Shown here piece by piece: positions 44,873 through 55,073 of a DNA stretch of 64,000 bases; positions within the stretch are counted from its first letter, which is position 1; the number at the start of each line of letters is the position of its first letter. The DNA lies in the NCBI GenBank assembly GCA_965215015.1, contig OZ244042.1, forward strand, positions 5,120,001 to 5,184,000. The letters are read 5' to 3'. Position numbers and translations under genes: made by a program. The notes beneath the pieces were generated by a model that worked only from the letters and a program-made list of their open reading frames with translations, did not search any database and was not told where the DNA came from. The DNA is from Candidatus Poribacteria bacterium. Lineage in GTDB: Bacteria; Poribacteria; WGA-4E; PCPOR2b.

Positions 44873-46774
44873 CTACATGTGAGAAGTATGCGGCACCGTC
44901 TCAATCAGATGCGCGTCCGGCAATCCAACCCGAACCTCCGGGTCATTGCTCGTCACGATGACCTGATGTTCTTCGGCAAGCCGTTGAATGAAGTCAATCA
45001 TCGCGTCTCTCCGAACTGGATCCAGGTGGAGAGTTGGGTCATCGAAGACGAAGAAACCGAGTGCCCCCAACGCTTCGGAGAGGGCGGCTTTGAAGCAGAG
45101 GTAGAGCATCATCTTCTCGCTGCCGCTGAGTAGCAGTAGATTGCGCTCGAAGCCTTCGACATTGAGGGAGGGAAGCAGGTGCTGACTTTTGAGATCAACC
45201 TGAGAGAACCGAGTCAGGTTCATCCGCTCCAGCCAACGTTGAATCTCCTTTTCGGCGGGTTGGAGGATTGTTTGTTGGAGGGAGGCAATTGTTTTTTCAA
45301 CGCCATCGCAGGCAAGTTCAAAACTGAGACGCGTGCGTAGAATCTGATTCGCTTGGCTACGCGCCCGCTGTAGCTCTTGGAGTTTATGGGCGATAACTGC
45401 TTCTTCCTTATTGAGTTTGACAAGTCGTCGGCGGACACTGTCAATTCGATATTTGAGTTGACGACGTTGTTCAGCGATTTCTGCAGGGTCGGCAGCCCCA
45501 TCGGAGACAGCACCCGTTTGCAGAGACGTTGTTGGCTGCAACGCACCCAACCGACTGGCAACCCCATCAAATTCACGCTGACGCTTCGTGAGTTGCGCTT
45601 CGATCCGTTCCAGCTGCTCGACCTTGCCCTGCATCAGTTGGTGTCGCTGCCTCAAGCCGCGCAAGGCATTGATGTTCGCAGTCTGTTCGTCGAGAGTTTT
45701 CTGCTGCGTTTCAAGTGCTTGTTGGCTTGCAGCCCTCGCCGATTCTTTCTCCGCAAGGATCCCCGCAATAATTTTTTGTTGTACCGGTTGATGACAAGTT
45801 GGACAGTGCCTGTGATCATTGTCGATTAATTGACGCAAAGTTTCGCATTCTGCCGTAAGCGTTTGGATTTGACTGTTCAGGCTGCCAATCCATTGAATGA
45901 GTTCATCCCGCTGCTTTTCTAACCCACCCGCGCCGGCGGTTGCCGCTTCGATTTCCTTAATAGACTCCCGCAGGTGATTAACATCGGTGAAACCACTGAG
46001 AATCGATGCTCGCTCTTGGATTAGCCCGTCAATCTCCTTTTGAAACCGTTCGTGCGCCTGCGTCAATTCGGCAACAAGAACTGTGTCCCCACTTTCACCT
46101 CCCTTACCCGACAACAATTCATATTTACCTTCCAAGTCCTTCAGCTCTGCCTCCACCCGTTCAATCGCTTCACGATGGTTCTTGACCGTCGTCACCCGCA
46201 TGCTACGCTGATAATCTTGGATCCGTTTCTCCTCTCGCTTGGCAACCCGTCGTCCATCGATGAAACGTTGACGCACCTCCATCAACCGATCGATGCCGAG
46301 CAGGGCGTAAAGCACATCACGCCGATCTGCGGGTTGTCGTGCAAGGAACTCAAAAATCTCTCCTTCTCGTAAGAATGTCGCCGCCGCAAGGTGCTGATAA
46401 CTAAAATGAAATTTCTTCCTCAGATCTTCGTCTGCTGAACGTTTGCCCGTGAAGAGGATGCGCCATTTCGCATCATTTTCCTCTTTCAGGCGGAGTTGCA
46501 CCTGCCCCTGTGTCGATCGGAACAGTTGATAACTCTGCTCTCCATTGCGGAAATTAAGTCCGGCGGTGCCGCTGGGGGTGCCAGATTGCGCCATTGCAGG
46601 CAAGCCCACCTTGGGAACAATCGGCTTGCCCGTCAGCGCGAAAAAAATAGCATTGACAAGCGTACTCTTACCACTGAAATTGGGACCGAAGATGAGATTC
46701 ACCCCGTCACTCAGATCAAAATCCTTGCGGTCAAAACAGCCGAAAGATTTGAGAATGATACGTTCAAGTCGCAT
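44873..46774 (-). CDS. SMC/Rad50(SbcC)-like ATPase
   Basis: GPNFSGKS Walker A, long coiled coil with CPTC zinc hook, LSGSEK signature and FVFDDPT Walker B. Confidence 0.9.
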   Translation of the reverse strand: MRLERIILKSFGCFDRKDFDLSDGVNLIFGPNFSGKSTLVNAIFFALTGKPIVPKVGLPAMAQSGTPSGTAGLNFRNGEQSYQLFRSTQGQVQLRLKEENDAKWRILFTGKRSADEDLRKKFHFSYQHLAAATFLREGEIFEFLARQPADRRDVLYALLGIDRLMEVRQRFIDGRRVAKREEKRIQDYQRSMRVTTVKNHREAIERVEAELKDLEGKYELLSGKGGESGDTVLVAELTQAHERFQKEIDGLIQERASILSGFTDVNHLRESIKEIEAATAGAGGLEKQRDELIQWIGSLNSQIQTLTAECETLRQLIDNDHRHCPTCHQPVQQKIIAGILAEKESARAASQQALETQQKTLDEQTANINALRGLRQRHQLMQGKVEQLERIEAQLTKRQREFDGVASRLGALQPTTSLQTGAVSDGAADPAEIAEQRRQLKYRIDSVRRRLVKLNKEEAVIAHKLQELQRARSQANQILRTRLSFELACDGVEKTIASLQQTILQPAEKEIQRWLERMNLTRFSQVDLKSQHLLPSLNVEGFERNLLLLSGSEKMMLYLCFKAALSEALGALGFFVFDDPTLHLDPVRRDAMIDFIQRLAEEHQVIVTSNDPEVRVGLPDAHLIETVPHTSHM

Positions 46775-46777
46775 ACA

Positions 46778-46987
46778 TTAATCCCCGGAACTGTCATCGA
46801 TCATATCGTAGAGCATCTGAACGGTCACCTTATCGACACCGTGTTCGAGCACAAAGCGAAATGCCTGGACAACAGCGGCAACTTCGGTTGCTCCGAGGAC
46901 TGAGTGATATTTGCTCTCAGATTCGATCAGTTTTTCGACTTCCTGCTCATAGATTTCACCCAACTCGTTCTCAATTGTGGAGGGCAT
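46778..46987 (-). CDS. Small acidic hypothetical protein
   Basis: 69 aa with an AGGAG RBS; ends 3 nt before the SMC gene. Confidence 0.65.
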   Translation of the reverse strand: MPSTIENELGEIYEQEVEKLIESESKYHSVLGATEVAAVVQAFRFVLEHGVDKVTVQMLYDMIDDSSGD

Positions 46988-47101
46988 CTGTTCGATTTGA
47001 CTCCTTGAGGATTCCCGTTAGTGCTTCCTTCATGAACCAATAAACCCATAACCATTTACCCATCACGTTTTACGTTAGGATTGGAGGTAGGCGTGTAATT
47101 T

Positions 47102-48112
47102 TCACACATTAATCTGATCCAAGATCTCGGCGATCTGAATAGCGTTTAATGCGGCTCCCTTGCGGAGATTATCCGCGACGACCCATAAGTTTAATCCATT
47201 TTCGATCGAAGCGTCCTCACGGATACGTCCAACGTATATATCATCTTGGCCTGCAGCATTGACGGCCAGCGGATATTTCCGACTTCTTGGATCGTCAATA
47301 ACAGTAATGCCGCGAGCTTGAGAAAGAATCAGGCGCGCCTCATCAGCGGTAAGCTTGCTGTCCGTTTCAATGTTAATTGATTCAGAATGAGCGAAGAACA
47401 CCGGCACCCGAACCGTTGTCGCTGAGACCCCAATGGCATCATTTTCAAGGATTTTTTGTGTTTCCTTTACCATCTTTATCTCTTCTTCACTGTAACCGTT
47501 ATCAGCGAAGGGCCAATCAAAGGCAACGTTAAACGCCATCTGATGCGGAAACTGATCGCATGTGATTGGACGCCCTTCCAACGCAGCTGTTGTTTGATCA
47601 ATCAACTCAAGAACAGCAGATCCGCTTTTTCCCGAAACACTTTGATAGGTCGAAACGACGATACGTTTAAGCCCCGCTACGTCGTAGAGCGGCTTGAGTG
47701 CAACAAGCATCTGAATCGTCGAACAATTTGGGTTGGAGATCAAACCCTGATGCCGCATTGCTGCGTGCATGTTCACTTCGGGAATCACCAACGGTGTGTC
47801 TGCGTCCATCCGAAACGCACTGGTGTTGTCAATGACGAGACACCCCTTTTCGACCGCAGCCGGTATAAACTCGCGACTGACAGACGCGCCCGCTGACGAA
47901 AACACCACATCAATGGCATCAAATGAATCATGCGTTAGTTCTTCGACCATGATGGGTTGATCTTTAAATGTTAAAATCTCACCGGCAGAACGATGGGAAG
48001 CGAGCAACTTCAGCGAAGCGACGGGGAATGCGCGCTCTTCTAAAATCTGCCGCATTGTCGTGCCAACCGCCCCTGTTGCCCCAACGATGGCGACACGGTA
48101 GCTCCTATCCAT
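47102..48112 (-). CDS. asd: Aspartate-semialdehyde dehydrogenase
   Basis: VGATGAVG, IDNTSAFRM, NPNCSTIQM, STYQSVSG, VRVPVFFAHSE and DNLRKGAALNAIQIAE. Confidence 0.98.
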   Translation of the reverse strand: MDRSYRVAIVGATGAVGTTMRQILEERAFPVASLKLLASHRSAGEILTFKDQPIMVEELTHDSFDAIDVVFSSAGASVSREFIPAAVEKGCLVIDNTSAFRMDADTPLVIPEVNMHAAMRHQGLISNPNCSTIQMLVALKPLYDVAGLKRIVVSTYQSVSGKSGSAVLELIDQTTAALEGRPITCDQFPHQMAFNVAFDWPFADNGYSEEEIKMVKETQKILENDAIGVSATTVRVPVFFAHSESINIETDSKLTADEARLILSQARGITVIDDPRSRKYPLAVNAAGQDDIYVGRIREDASIENGLNLWVVADNLRKGAALNAIQIAEILDQINV

Positions 48113-48761
48113 CTTATCATCCTTTTGAAGAATTAGATTGTGCAAGTCTGGTTGTAGCTAAACCCTTGAGGGGATATTCTACCACACTTGTGATAGGATA
48201 CGCAAGCGATTTGCAAACGGAGTTAGGGCTATTTAGTTTTCGGTTTTGGCTCATGCCCTGCTGTTCGTCGTCGCACCTGCTATCCCCACCCGGTAGGCGG
48301 GGCATCTGGCCTCGCTGTTTGTAAGCGTTCATTGAACCTTCTTATGCCAGTTATCCAGGTGGTCTTTTATCCGTGTCATCCGTCGATCCGTACTTATTCC
48401 GTGATTCAGACAATAATATGGCAGAATTAAATGACCCTACAAAGGGAGTTAATATCGTTGCAATAGAACCGGCTTTGCACCACAGAAGGGAATCTTTACC
48501 CTCATTTGGATATTTCCAATTTGACACATGTCAAAAGAAAATGCAAAAAATCGTAAAATGTCATGCATGAAACGTGAAAACCATTAGTCCATTGGTTCAT
48601 TAACAAACGAGTGAACTAATGAACTCAATCAGTTTCTGTTGCACGATTTCTTACATGAGCCTCCAATTTTTATGGATCGACGATTCTGGCAAGATGTAGT
48701 AAACTAAAAATGGGAAATGTATTGGTTGCCTCGAAAATTGACATGACTGAGAAGGAGGCCT

Positions 48762-49496
48762 GTGCAGGCTATGGAAAACATCGAAAGCAAACTGGATAGA
48801 TTAGAGCACGACGGTTTTATACTGATAGAGCGAGCATTATCACCGGAGGAGACAGAACATATTCGGCAGCGCATCAACTATGCCCGTGAGATGGGTTGGG
48901 CAGAAGGACTCAATGCGGTAGGCAATATGTGGTTTGATACCTTGCTCGACCGGGAGCCCGAGACGTATGCCCCATTGGTGGGTCATCCAAGTATTCGTCC
49001 TTATCTTGAGGGAATGATGGGAAAGCAGTGCCAATTACGGAGCTTGCGTGCACACATCAACCCAGGGCCCTACCTTCAAGAGTGGCATCTCGATTTCTAT
49101 GGCTACTGGCAGGAAAAACGGGAAGCGGAAAAGCATCGCTTTACGGTGTCTCCCATTGGTGTCAACGCAACCTATTATTTTCAGAATAATGCACCCGGTT
49201 CAGGACACCTGAAATATGTTAAGGGGGGACATCTTGTCGAGCCTCCCCATCTATATCCCTTGGACCGTCCCAAGTTTGAAGCGTGGTGTGAGGCACAGGA
49301 GCACGTTATCCTCTACCCAAAGGCTGGCGACTGTGTGGTGTTCATCAACCATATTCCCCACCAAGGCGCGAAAGAACGCGACGATATGGAACGGAGTAAT
49401 GTGGTCTGCCATTATCAAGTAACGCCCATGTATGAAGGGATTTGGCATGTCTCCCGTCCTCGCGGATATGACGGGACTTTCCCATTCGCAAATTAA
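48762..49496 (+). CDS. Phytanoyl-CoA dioxygenase (PhyH) family Fe(II)/2OG oxygenase
   Basis: QEWHLD (HxD), KAGDCVVF..HIPHQG and a distal Arg. Confidence 0.85.
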   Translation: MQAMENIESKLDRLEHDGFILIERALSPEETEHIRQRINYAREMGWAEGLNAVGNMWFDTLLDREPETYAPLVGHPSIRPYLEGMMGKQCQLRSLRAHINPGPYLQEWHLDFYGYWQEKREAEKHRFTVSPIGVNATYYFQNNAPGSGHLKYVKGGHLVEPPHLYPLDRPKFEAWCEAQEHVILYPKAGDCVVFINHIPHQGAKERDDMERSNVVCHYQVTPMYEGIWHVSRPRGYDGTFPFAN

Positions 49497-49632
49497 GCCC
49501 ACGATTCTCTTTTTGACTGCCTCTATCTGTGCGTAAGCACCTAAAAAGCGGAAAGTGAGAAGATTAGAAGCTCAAAACATTTCTACCCTCCTTCCTTTCT
49601 TGCCACCCCTCCATTCACTTCTGATATCAACG

Positions 49633-50376
49633 ATGCTCACCAAGGAAATGGTTTTCAATATCCCATCACTGCCGGGAGTCTACTTTTTTCGCAGCAGATC
49701 CGGAGAGATTCTCTACATCGGTAAGGCAAAATCGCTGAAAAAACGGGTTCGGTCATACCTATACAATTCCAAGCAAAATCGCTGGGGCAAAATCAAACGA
49801 TTGGTCCAACACGCAACCCAAATTGACTACCAAATCTGTGCCTCCGAGCTAGAGGCACTATTGCTGGAATCCCGCCTGATTAAACACCATCAGCCGCCCT
49901 ACAACACCAGTCTGAAATCTGTCCGCAGGTCTCCGTTCATTAAGGTAACTCTCAACGAGGATTTCCCCAAAGTAGCAATCGCTTTCAAGAAGCAGTCTGA
50001 TGCAGCACGATATTTTGGACCTTACTCAAGCCTGAGATGGACAAGAGAGGTTATTGAGGTATTACACCGGATTTTTCCGATTCGGACCTGCCAGGAAGCA
50101 ATCATCCCATTGCCAGATTTTAAGCCTTGCTTCAGTTACCACTTAAAGCGTTGTCAAGCCCCTTGCGCGGCGAGAGTCAGTCGTGACGCCTATCGTGCGA
50201 TGATCAGCGATGTGATTCGCATCCTAGAGGGAAAATATCACGCTGTCATCAAGAAACTGATCATGGAACGAAATCAGGAGACGATTGCCCTACGCTTTGA
50301 ACGTGCAGCAGCCTTGCAGAGACGAATTGAGCAAATCGAGCGGGTGTTTGTTTATCTCGACGTACATCGTCGGTAG
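49633..50376 (+). CDS. Short UvrC/Cho-like GIY-YIG nuclease with UVR domain
   Basis: PGVYFF...LYIGKAKSLKKRVRSY, EALLLESRLIK..PPYN, YFGPY, Cys cluster and FERAAALQ; lacks the RNase H and HhH C-terminal half. Confidence 0.88.
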   Translation: MLTKEMVFNIPSLPGVYFFRSRSGEILYIGKAKSLKKRVRSYLYNSKQNRWGKIKRLVQHATQIDYQICASELEALLLESRLIKHHQPPYNTSLKSVRRSPFIKVTLNEDFPKVAIAFKKQSDAARYFGPYSSLRWTREVIEVLHRIFPIRTCQEAIIPLPDFKPCFSYHLKRCQAPCAARVSRDAYRAMISDVIRILEGKYHAVIKKLIMERNQETIALRFERAAALQRRIEQIERVFVYLDVHRR

Positions 50377-50541
50377 CGTGTAAGTTCCGGTAATTTTGGG
50401 AGAGATAAAGGTTGGGGGGAAAGGATTTTTAGGTTGTAGAAGGCGGAATTGACTGGAATTGGAGAGGAATTTTGACCCCGAATTTTTGATAAAAACTCGG
50501 GGCCTGTTGCACCATTTCTTATTCTTAACATGAACCTCGTT

Positions 50542-51780
50542 TTATAACCCTTCGGTCCGCAGCTCCTGAATATAGTTTTCGTTGATATTGTTTGATGGAT
50601 GGCGGAGGGTGCGATGAGGTTCTGGGAAGCTTTTGAGCAGTTTCTGATATTCCCCTATTGCCTCGTCTATCCTGTCCGCCTTTTCATAGATGTTGCCAAT
50701 CCAATATTGAGCCTGCCTTCGCGTATCGTAATCATAGGTCGGATTATCAGCGACTTTGCGATAAGCATTAATTGCTCCATCTGTATCTTTCTTTGCATAG
50801 TAAATCTGTCCAACATAGAACTGCATATTGGAGGTATTCTCATTGTGCGGATATTTTTCTATTGCTCCCTCCACTTGGATAATTGCTTCGTCATACTTTT
50901 GTAACCTCTCATACGCCCAACCGATGTTAAAGTGTGCATCTTGCGCCATTTTGGTATCGGGGTATTTGTCAATCACTTTTTGATAACCCTCAATCGCTTC
51001 ATCATATTTCGCTTCCGCAAAATAGGTTTGACCGATGCCAAACTGTGCGAGCGGCGCAAGTTGCTCATGTCCTGAATCAACAACATTCTGAAATTCGACT
51101 CGGGCATCGTCGTAGGCCTGCCTCTCAGTAAAAATCATCCCTGTATAATACACAATACTATGGATGAGTTCACGACCGATAAAGTCTTCCCGCAACGCAT
51201 TTAACGCTTCAAGCGCGGCTGTCCAATTCTCTTTCCCATACACGCACATCGCCCTATTGAAACGGGATTCGTCGGCAAGCACACTGCCCGGATAGTCTTG
51301 GATCAGCTGATCAAACATGGCTGATGCCCGGTCGTAGTACGCATCCGCACTTTCAACGTTATCTGATTTTTTTATATCTTCCGCCCTTCGATAGTAAGCA
51401 ATGGCAATGGTGTAGAGCGAATCATCTGTCCATTCGCTGTCAGGATAGGTGTTAATGAGGCGTCGAAACAGAGCAAAGGCCTCCTCATCCGTCCGTCCAA
51501 GCCGCGAGGCCAACTGATAGATAGCATCATCTGCCCAAAGACTATCGGGGTATTTCTCGAATACATAACGGTATAAAGCCCTAACCTCGCTTACACGCTT
51601 CTGATCCGTATCCTCAAGTGTTACGGGAGGGGTATCTGCCTGCTGCGCCTTTTCCCATGCAGCATCCGCGTTTGTGTAGTAGGCAATTAGGCTATCTCCT
51701 GAGTTTGACGCCCTACCAATAAAAAAACCAATCACCAAGGCTGCGACAACAATAATCTCTACAATTATAAACTTTTTCAT
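50542..51780 (-). CDS. Membrane-anchored tetratricopeptide repeat protein
   Basis: N-terminal TM helix; repeated YPDS..ADDAxY TPR motifs. Confidence 0.88.
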   Translation of the reverse strand: MKKFIIVEIIVVAALVIGFFIGRASNSGDSLIAYYTNADAAWEKAQQADTPPVTLEDTDQKRVSEVRALYRYVFEKYPDSLWADDAIYQLASRLGRTDEEAFALFRRLINTYPDSEWTDDSLYTIAIAYYRRAEDIKKSDNVESADAYYDRASAMFDQLIQDYPGSVLADESRFNRAMCVYGKENWTAALEALNALREDFIGRELIHSIVYYTGMIFTERQAYDDARVEFQNVVDSGHEQLAPLAQFGIGQTYFAEAKYDEAIEGYQKVIDKYPDTKMAQDAHFNIGWAYERLQKYDEAIIQVEGAIEKYPHNENTSNMQFYVGQIYYAKKDTDGAINAYRKVADNPTYDYDTRRQAQYWIGNIYEKADRIDEAIGEYQKLLKSFPEPHRTLRHPSNNINENYIQELRTEGL

Positions 51781-52083
51781 CTTTTAAACTCCTGCTGGTA
51801 TATTTTTTATCGCAAAAACGTGAACGCATTTTATCATCTTTGCTTATGGGTGTCAAGCAATGATTGACATTGAGCCCGCTAATCCATGGATTGTACGCTT
51901 TTGCGGAACTGAACGGAATGTGCTATTCCAAGCGGTCCGTTGGTCTAATTAGATCGTTAAAGATCGGAAAATTAAATTGATGTACCGTTTAGAATTGTGA
52001 TAGACTGCTTGAAGGTTTACACACAAAAAAAAGAAATATGTTCCAATTTCACGGTATTTACTCCAGATGCCTAAAGGGGCAAG

Positions 52084-52566
52084 TTAGCAAGGAGATGGAG
52101 AGAGATTAAAGGAGGTACACCCGAGCGAGGGCTTTGTGCAAGCGACGTGGTCGCAATGGTCGTCGAATCGATCGCTGATTGCCCATTTGCCATCAATTCT
52201 TCGATTGTTTACAGTGAGACCAACCCAGCGGCCCTGATTCTCCGGTTGCAGCGGATTCCAAAACCGACCCACTAATCGATCTCCTTTGCGTCTGGATTCA
52301 ATCAGATAGTCGTTGCCCTCATCAGTCTTACAACGGATATAAACCCGATCACCGAGGACACCAATCTTCGCCGGCCATCCCTCCCAGTAGTCTTGGCCGA
52401 GGTGTCGTACGAGATAACGCCATTCCCCATTGTGCGTTTCAAAATCTGTGTCATCTCCCAGATTTACCCACTGTTCAGCCTTGGGGTCGCGTTCATCTCC
52501 TTTGAGTGTAACAGTCTGAGCAAATGCTGTTACATCTTTGCCCTCCGGGTTTGGCACATCTTCCAT
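52084..52566 (-). CDS. Hypothetical protein, probably a gene fragment
   Basis: Protein-like central part (DVPNPEGKDVTAFAQTV..DPKAEQW..RWVGLTVNNRRIDG), no RBS, and degenerate AT-rich sequence upstream. Confidence 0.4.
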   Translation of the reverse strand: MEDVPNPEGKDVTAFAQTVTLKGDERDPKAEQWVNLGDDTDFETHNGEWRYLVRHLGQDYWEGWPAKIGVLGDRVYIRCKTDEGNDYLIESRRKGDRLVGRFWNPLQPENQGRWVGLTVNNRRIDGKWAISDRFDDHCDHVACTKPSLGCTSFNLSPSPC

Positions 52567-53607
52567 GTCAACATCAACGGAATCCTCTCAGAAACTCGAA
52601 AATCCTAAAACCACTATTCAGTGAGTTACTGGAAGATTGCTTCCTCTCACTACAGTGTTTCAATGAATCAGGGATTTCAGCGACGAATGGACTTTTCGAG
52701 AAGATTCAACCTTTTATAAACATAGACGCACTAGACTTCAAGAATGATAGTAAAAAGTTAGAGATTCTCCACAAATCAGGAACGGGGCAAACTCATGGGG
52801 TATCTCTAACTTCGATCTTTGCTCATTTACCCCCATTTTTTTTAGGGTATAGATTTGAGTTATTTTTATCAGTTAGGATAGTGAGAATAATTGTCATTAA
52901 GCGTCTTGGAATGTATCTCCCCGGCACAGTGGCAGTGTGAACCAGGGATTGAGCCACTACGCGCTTTATCACCGTAATCAGTGAGTAGATTTTTGTCTGT
53001 GTGTTGAATGCTTTTGCCCATCGGTCGCCTGACTTTTGATAGCTAGTAAACAGTAAGCCATAACAGGTTGATGCGCGGTTTTGACGGTTTCTATACCTCT
53101 CAAAAACAAGCACCATTACACCTCTCAAAAAAATGGGGGTAAGTGAGCCGTATTTTCTCCTTGATTATTTCCTCATAATTACCTATCATCCCTGAAGATT
53201 TAAAGATAAAATGTGTCTAAGAAATAGGAATTAGTAACGCTTAGGCATACTGCACACAGACACTGAAACAAAATCTGGAAATGCTCTGAAGGAAGGGCAA
53301 TAGTGATGAACATATCAAAACTTATTGAGACCCTGCGTCCATGACGGGAGGCAAAGATTGGAGCGCGACTGGATCTGGTAGGTTCGGATCCGATATACGA
53401 GGCTGAAGAGCAATCTTCAAGTGCGCTATTTGCAGCGAGGATTGGTGGGCGTGGACTTATCACAACGCAAAAGCAGTGGTTAGAACAACTTAAACCGATC
53501 GTTGCAAATCTGACCTTAGTAGAACTGTTCTCCACTTCCTTACATCAGTTCATTGAAATTATGCAGATAGTTATCTACCATTAACGTGAACACAAAGGAA
53601 TTAAGAA

Positions 53608-54228
53608 ATGAGTCGAATATCCTACATCACACCTGAGAGCTTTACCGAAGCGCAACAGTGCCTTTTCAACAGTATCACCGGCGGTAAGCGTGGCAAAGGA
53701 CGGGCTCCCGAAGATCTCCTCAACTCAGAAGGGGGCATGAGCGGGCCGTTCAACGCGTGGCTCAGAAGTCCTGTGTTAGGTGAGGCGGTACAACGGGTTG
53801 GCGAAACTGTCCGTTTTGAAAGTGCACTCCCGCCGCAACTGCGAGAACTCGCAATCTTAATCGTTGCTGCCAAATGGAAGGCGCAATATGAGTGGTGGGC
53901 GCATGAGAAAATTGCAAGACGGGAGGACTTGGACGAGCGGATAATAGGAGACGTCAAGGCGGAGATATACCCAGATTTTTCCAATCCAACCGAGGCAGTG
54001 GTCTACAACTTTACCCGACAGTTGCTCGACGAACATCGGGTATCAACACATTTATATGATGAGGCGGTTGAACTGCTCGGTGAAGTGGGGGTTGTGGAGC
54101 TGGTGATTCTGATCGGTTACTACACATTGGTGTCAATGACGCTGAATGTATTCGAGGTGCAGATACCCGTCGGTGAACAAATGCCCTTCGTTCAGGTTGA
54201 GGAGAGGAGAGGGCACGCGGCATCTTAA
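53608..54228 (+). CDS. Carboxymuconolactone decarboxylase/AhpD-like family protein
   Basis: GPFNAWLRSP, LRELAIL, QYEWWAH and VVELVILIGYY. Confidence 0.88.
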   Translation: MSRISYITPESFTEAQQCLFNSITGGKRGKGRAPEDLLNSEGGMSGPFNAWLRSPVLGEAVQRVGETVRFESALPPQLRELAILIVAAKWKAQYEWWAHEKIARREDLDERIIGDVKAEIYPDFSNPTEAVVYNFTRQLLDEHRVSTHLYDEAVELLGEVGVVELVILIGYYTLVSMTLNVFEVQIPVGEQMPFVQVEERRGHAAS

Positions 54229-54259
54229 CAGAGAAGTAAAGGACAAAAGGGGACTAGAT

Positions 54260-55057
54260 ATGGGGCTCACTGGTAAAGTTGCAATCATCGTTGGAGCCGG
54301 TCAGACGCCGGGAGAAACCATCGGTAACGGTAGAGCAACCGCGATTCGCTTCGCAAAGGAGGGCGCGCGGGTACTCCTTGTTGACAAACGCCCTGACTCG
54401 GCAGAGCATACCGCTCAGATGATAAAAGAAGTTGATGGCGAAGCCTCAGTTTTCGGGGCGGACATAACCGTAGAATCGGATTGTCAGGCAATTGTCGAAA
54501 CCTGTGTCGCCCGCTACGGGCGCGTCGATATCCTGCATAACAACGTCGGAATCGCAGCAGGTGATGCTGATACGGCTGATCTAACTGAAGCAAATTGGGA
54601 ACTATTGATGGACATCAACCTCAAAGGCATGTTTCTCACTATCAAGCATGTCCTGCCCGTGATGCGAGCCCAGGGGGGCGGAGTCATTATCAATATCTCC
54701 TCAACGGCATCGCTCTGCACGCGGCCAACCATGCTCGCATACAAAACCAGTAAGGCTGCGATTAATGCAATGACACAGAACCTCGCCATTGAAAATGCGG
54801 AATATGGGGTGCGCGTGAATGCGATTTTGCCCGGCCTAATGGATACGCCCATGGCGATTGAACGGCGGGTCGCAGAACGGGGGGTGAGCCGCGAAATTAT
54901 CCGTCAGGAACGGGACGAAGATGTCCCGCTTCGTCAAAAGATGGGCTCCGGATGGGATGTCGCAGCTGCGGCTGCGTTCCTGGCGTCCGATGATGCAAGG
55001 TACATCACAGGGGTGCTTTTGCCCGTTGACGGTGGCTTGAGTGCACGAGTTGGATAA
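54260..55057 (+). CDS. SDR family oxidoreductase
   Basis: GAGQTPGETIGNG, ILHNNVG, YKTSK and LPVDGG. Confidence 0.92.
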   Translation: MGLTGKVAIIVGAGQTPGETIGNGRATAIRFAKEGARVLLVDKRPDSAEHTAQMIKEVDGEASVFGADITVESDCQAIVETCVARYGRVDILHNNVGIAAGDADTADLTEANWELLMDINLKGMFLTIKHVLPVMRAQGGGVIINISSTASLCTRPTMLAYKTSKAAINAMTQNLAIENAEYGVRVNAILPGLMDTPMAIERRVAERGVSREIIRQERDEDVPLRQKMGSGWDVAAAAAFLASDDARYITGVLLPVDGGLSARVG

Positions 55058-55073
55058 AACAGAGGAATTTCGC

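Noticed and set aside
52570-53585. Degenerate ORF fragments in an AT-rich stretch (for example MNISKLIETLRP*REAKIGARLDLVG at 53306)
   Set aside because: Probably pseudogene debris, but no family could be recognised.
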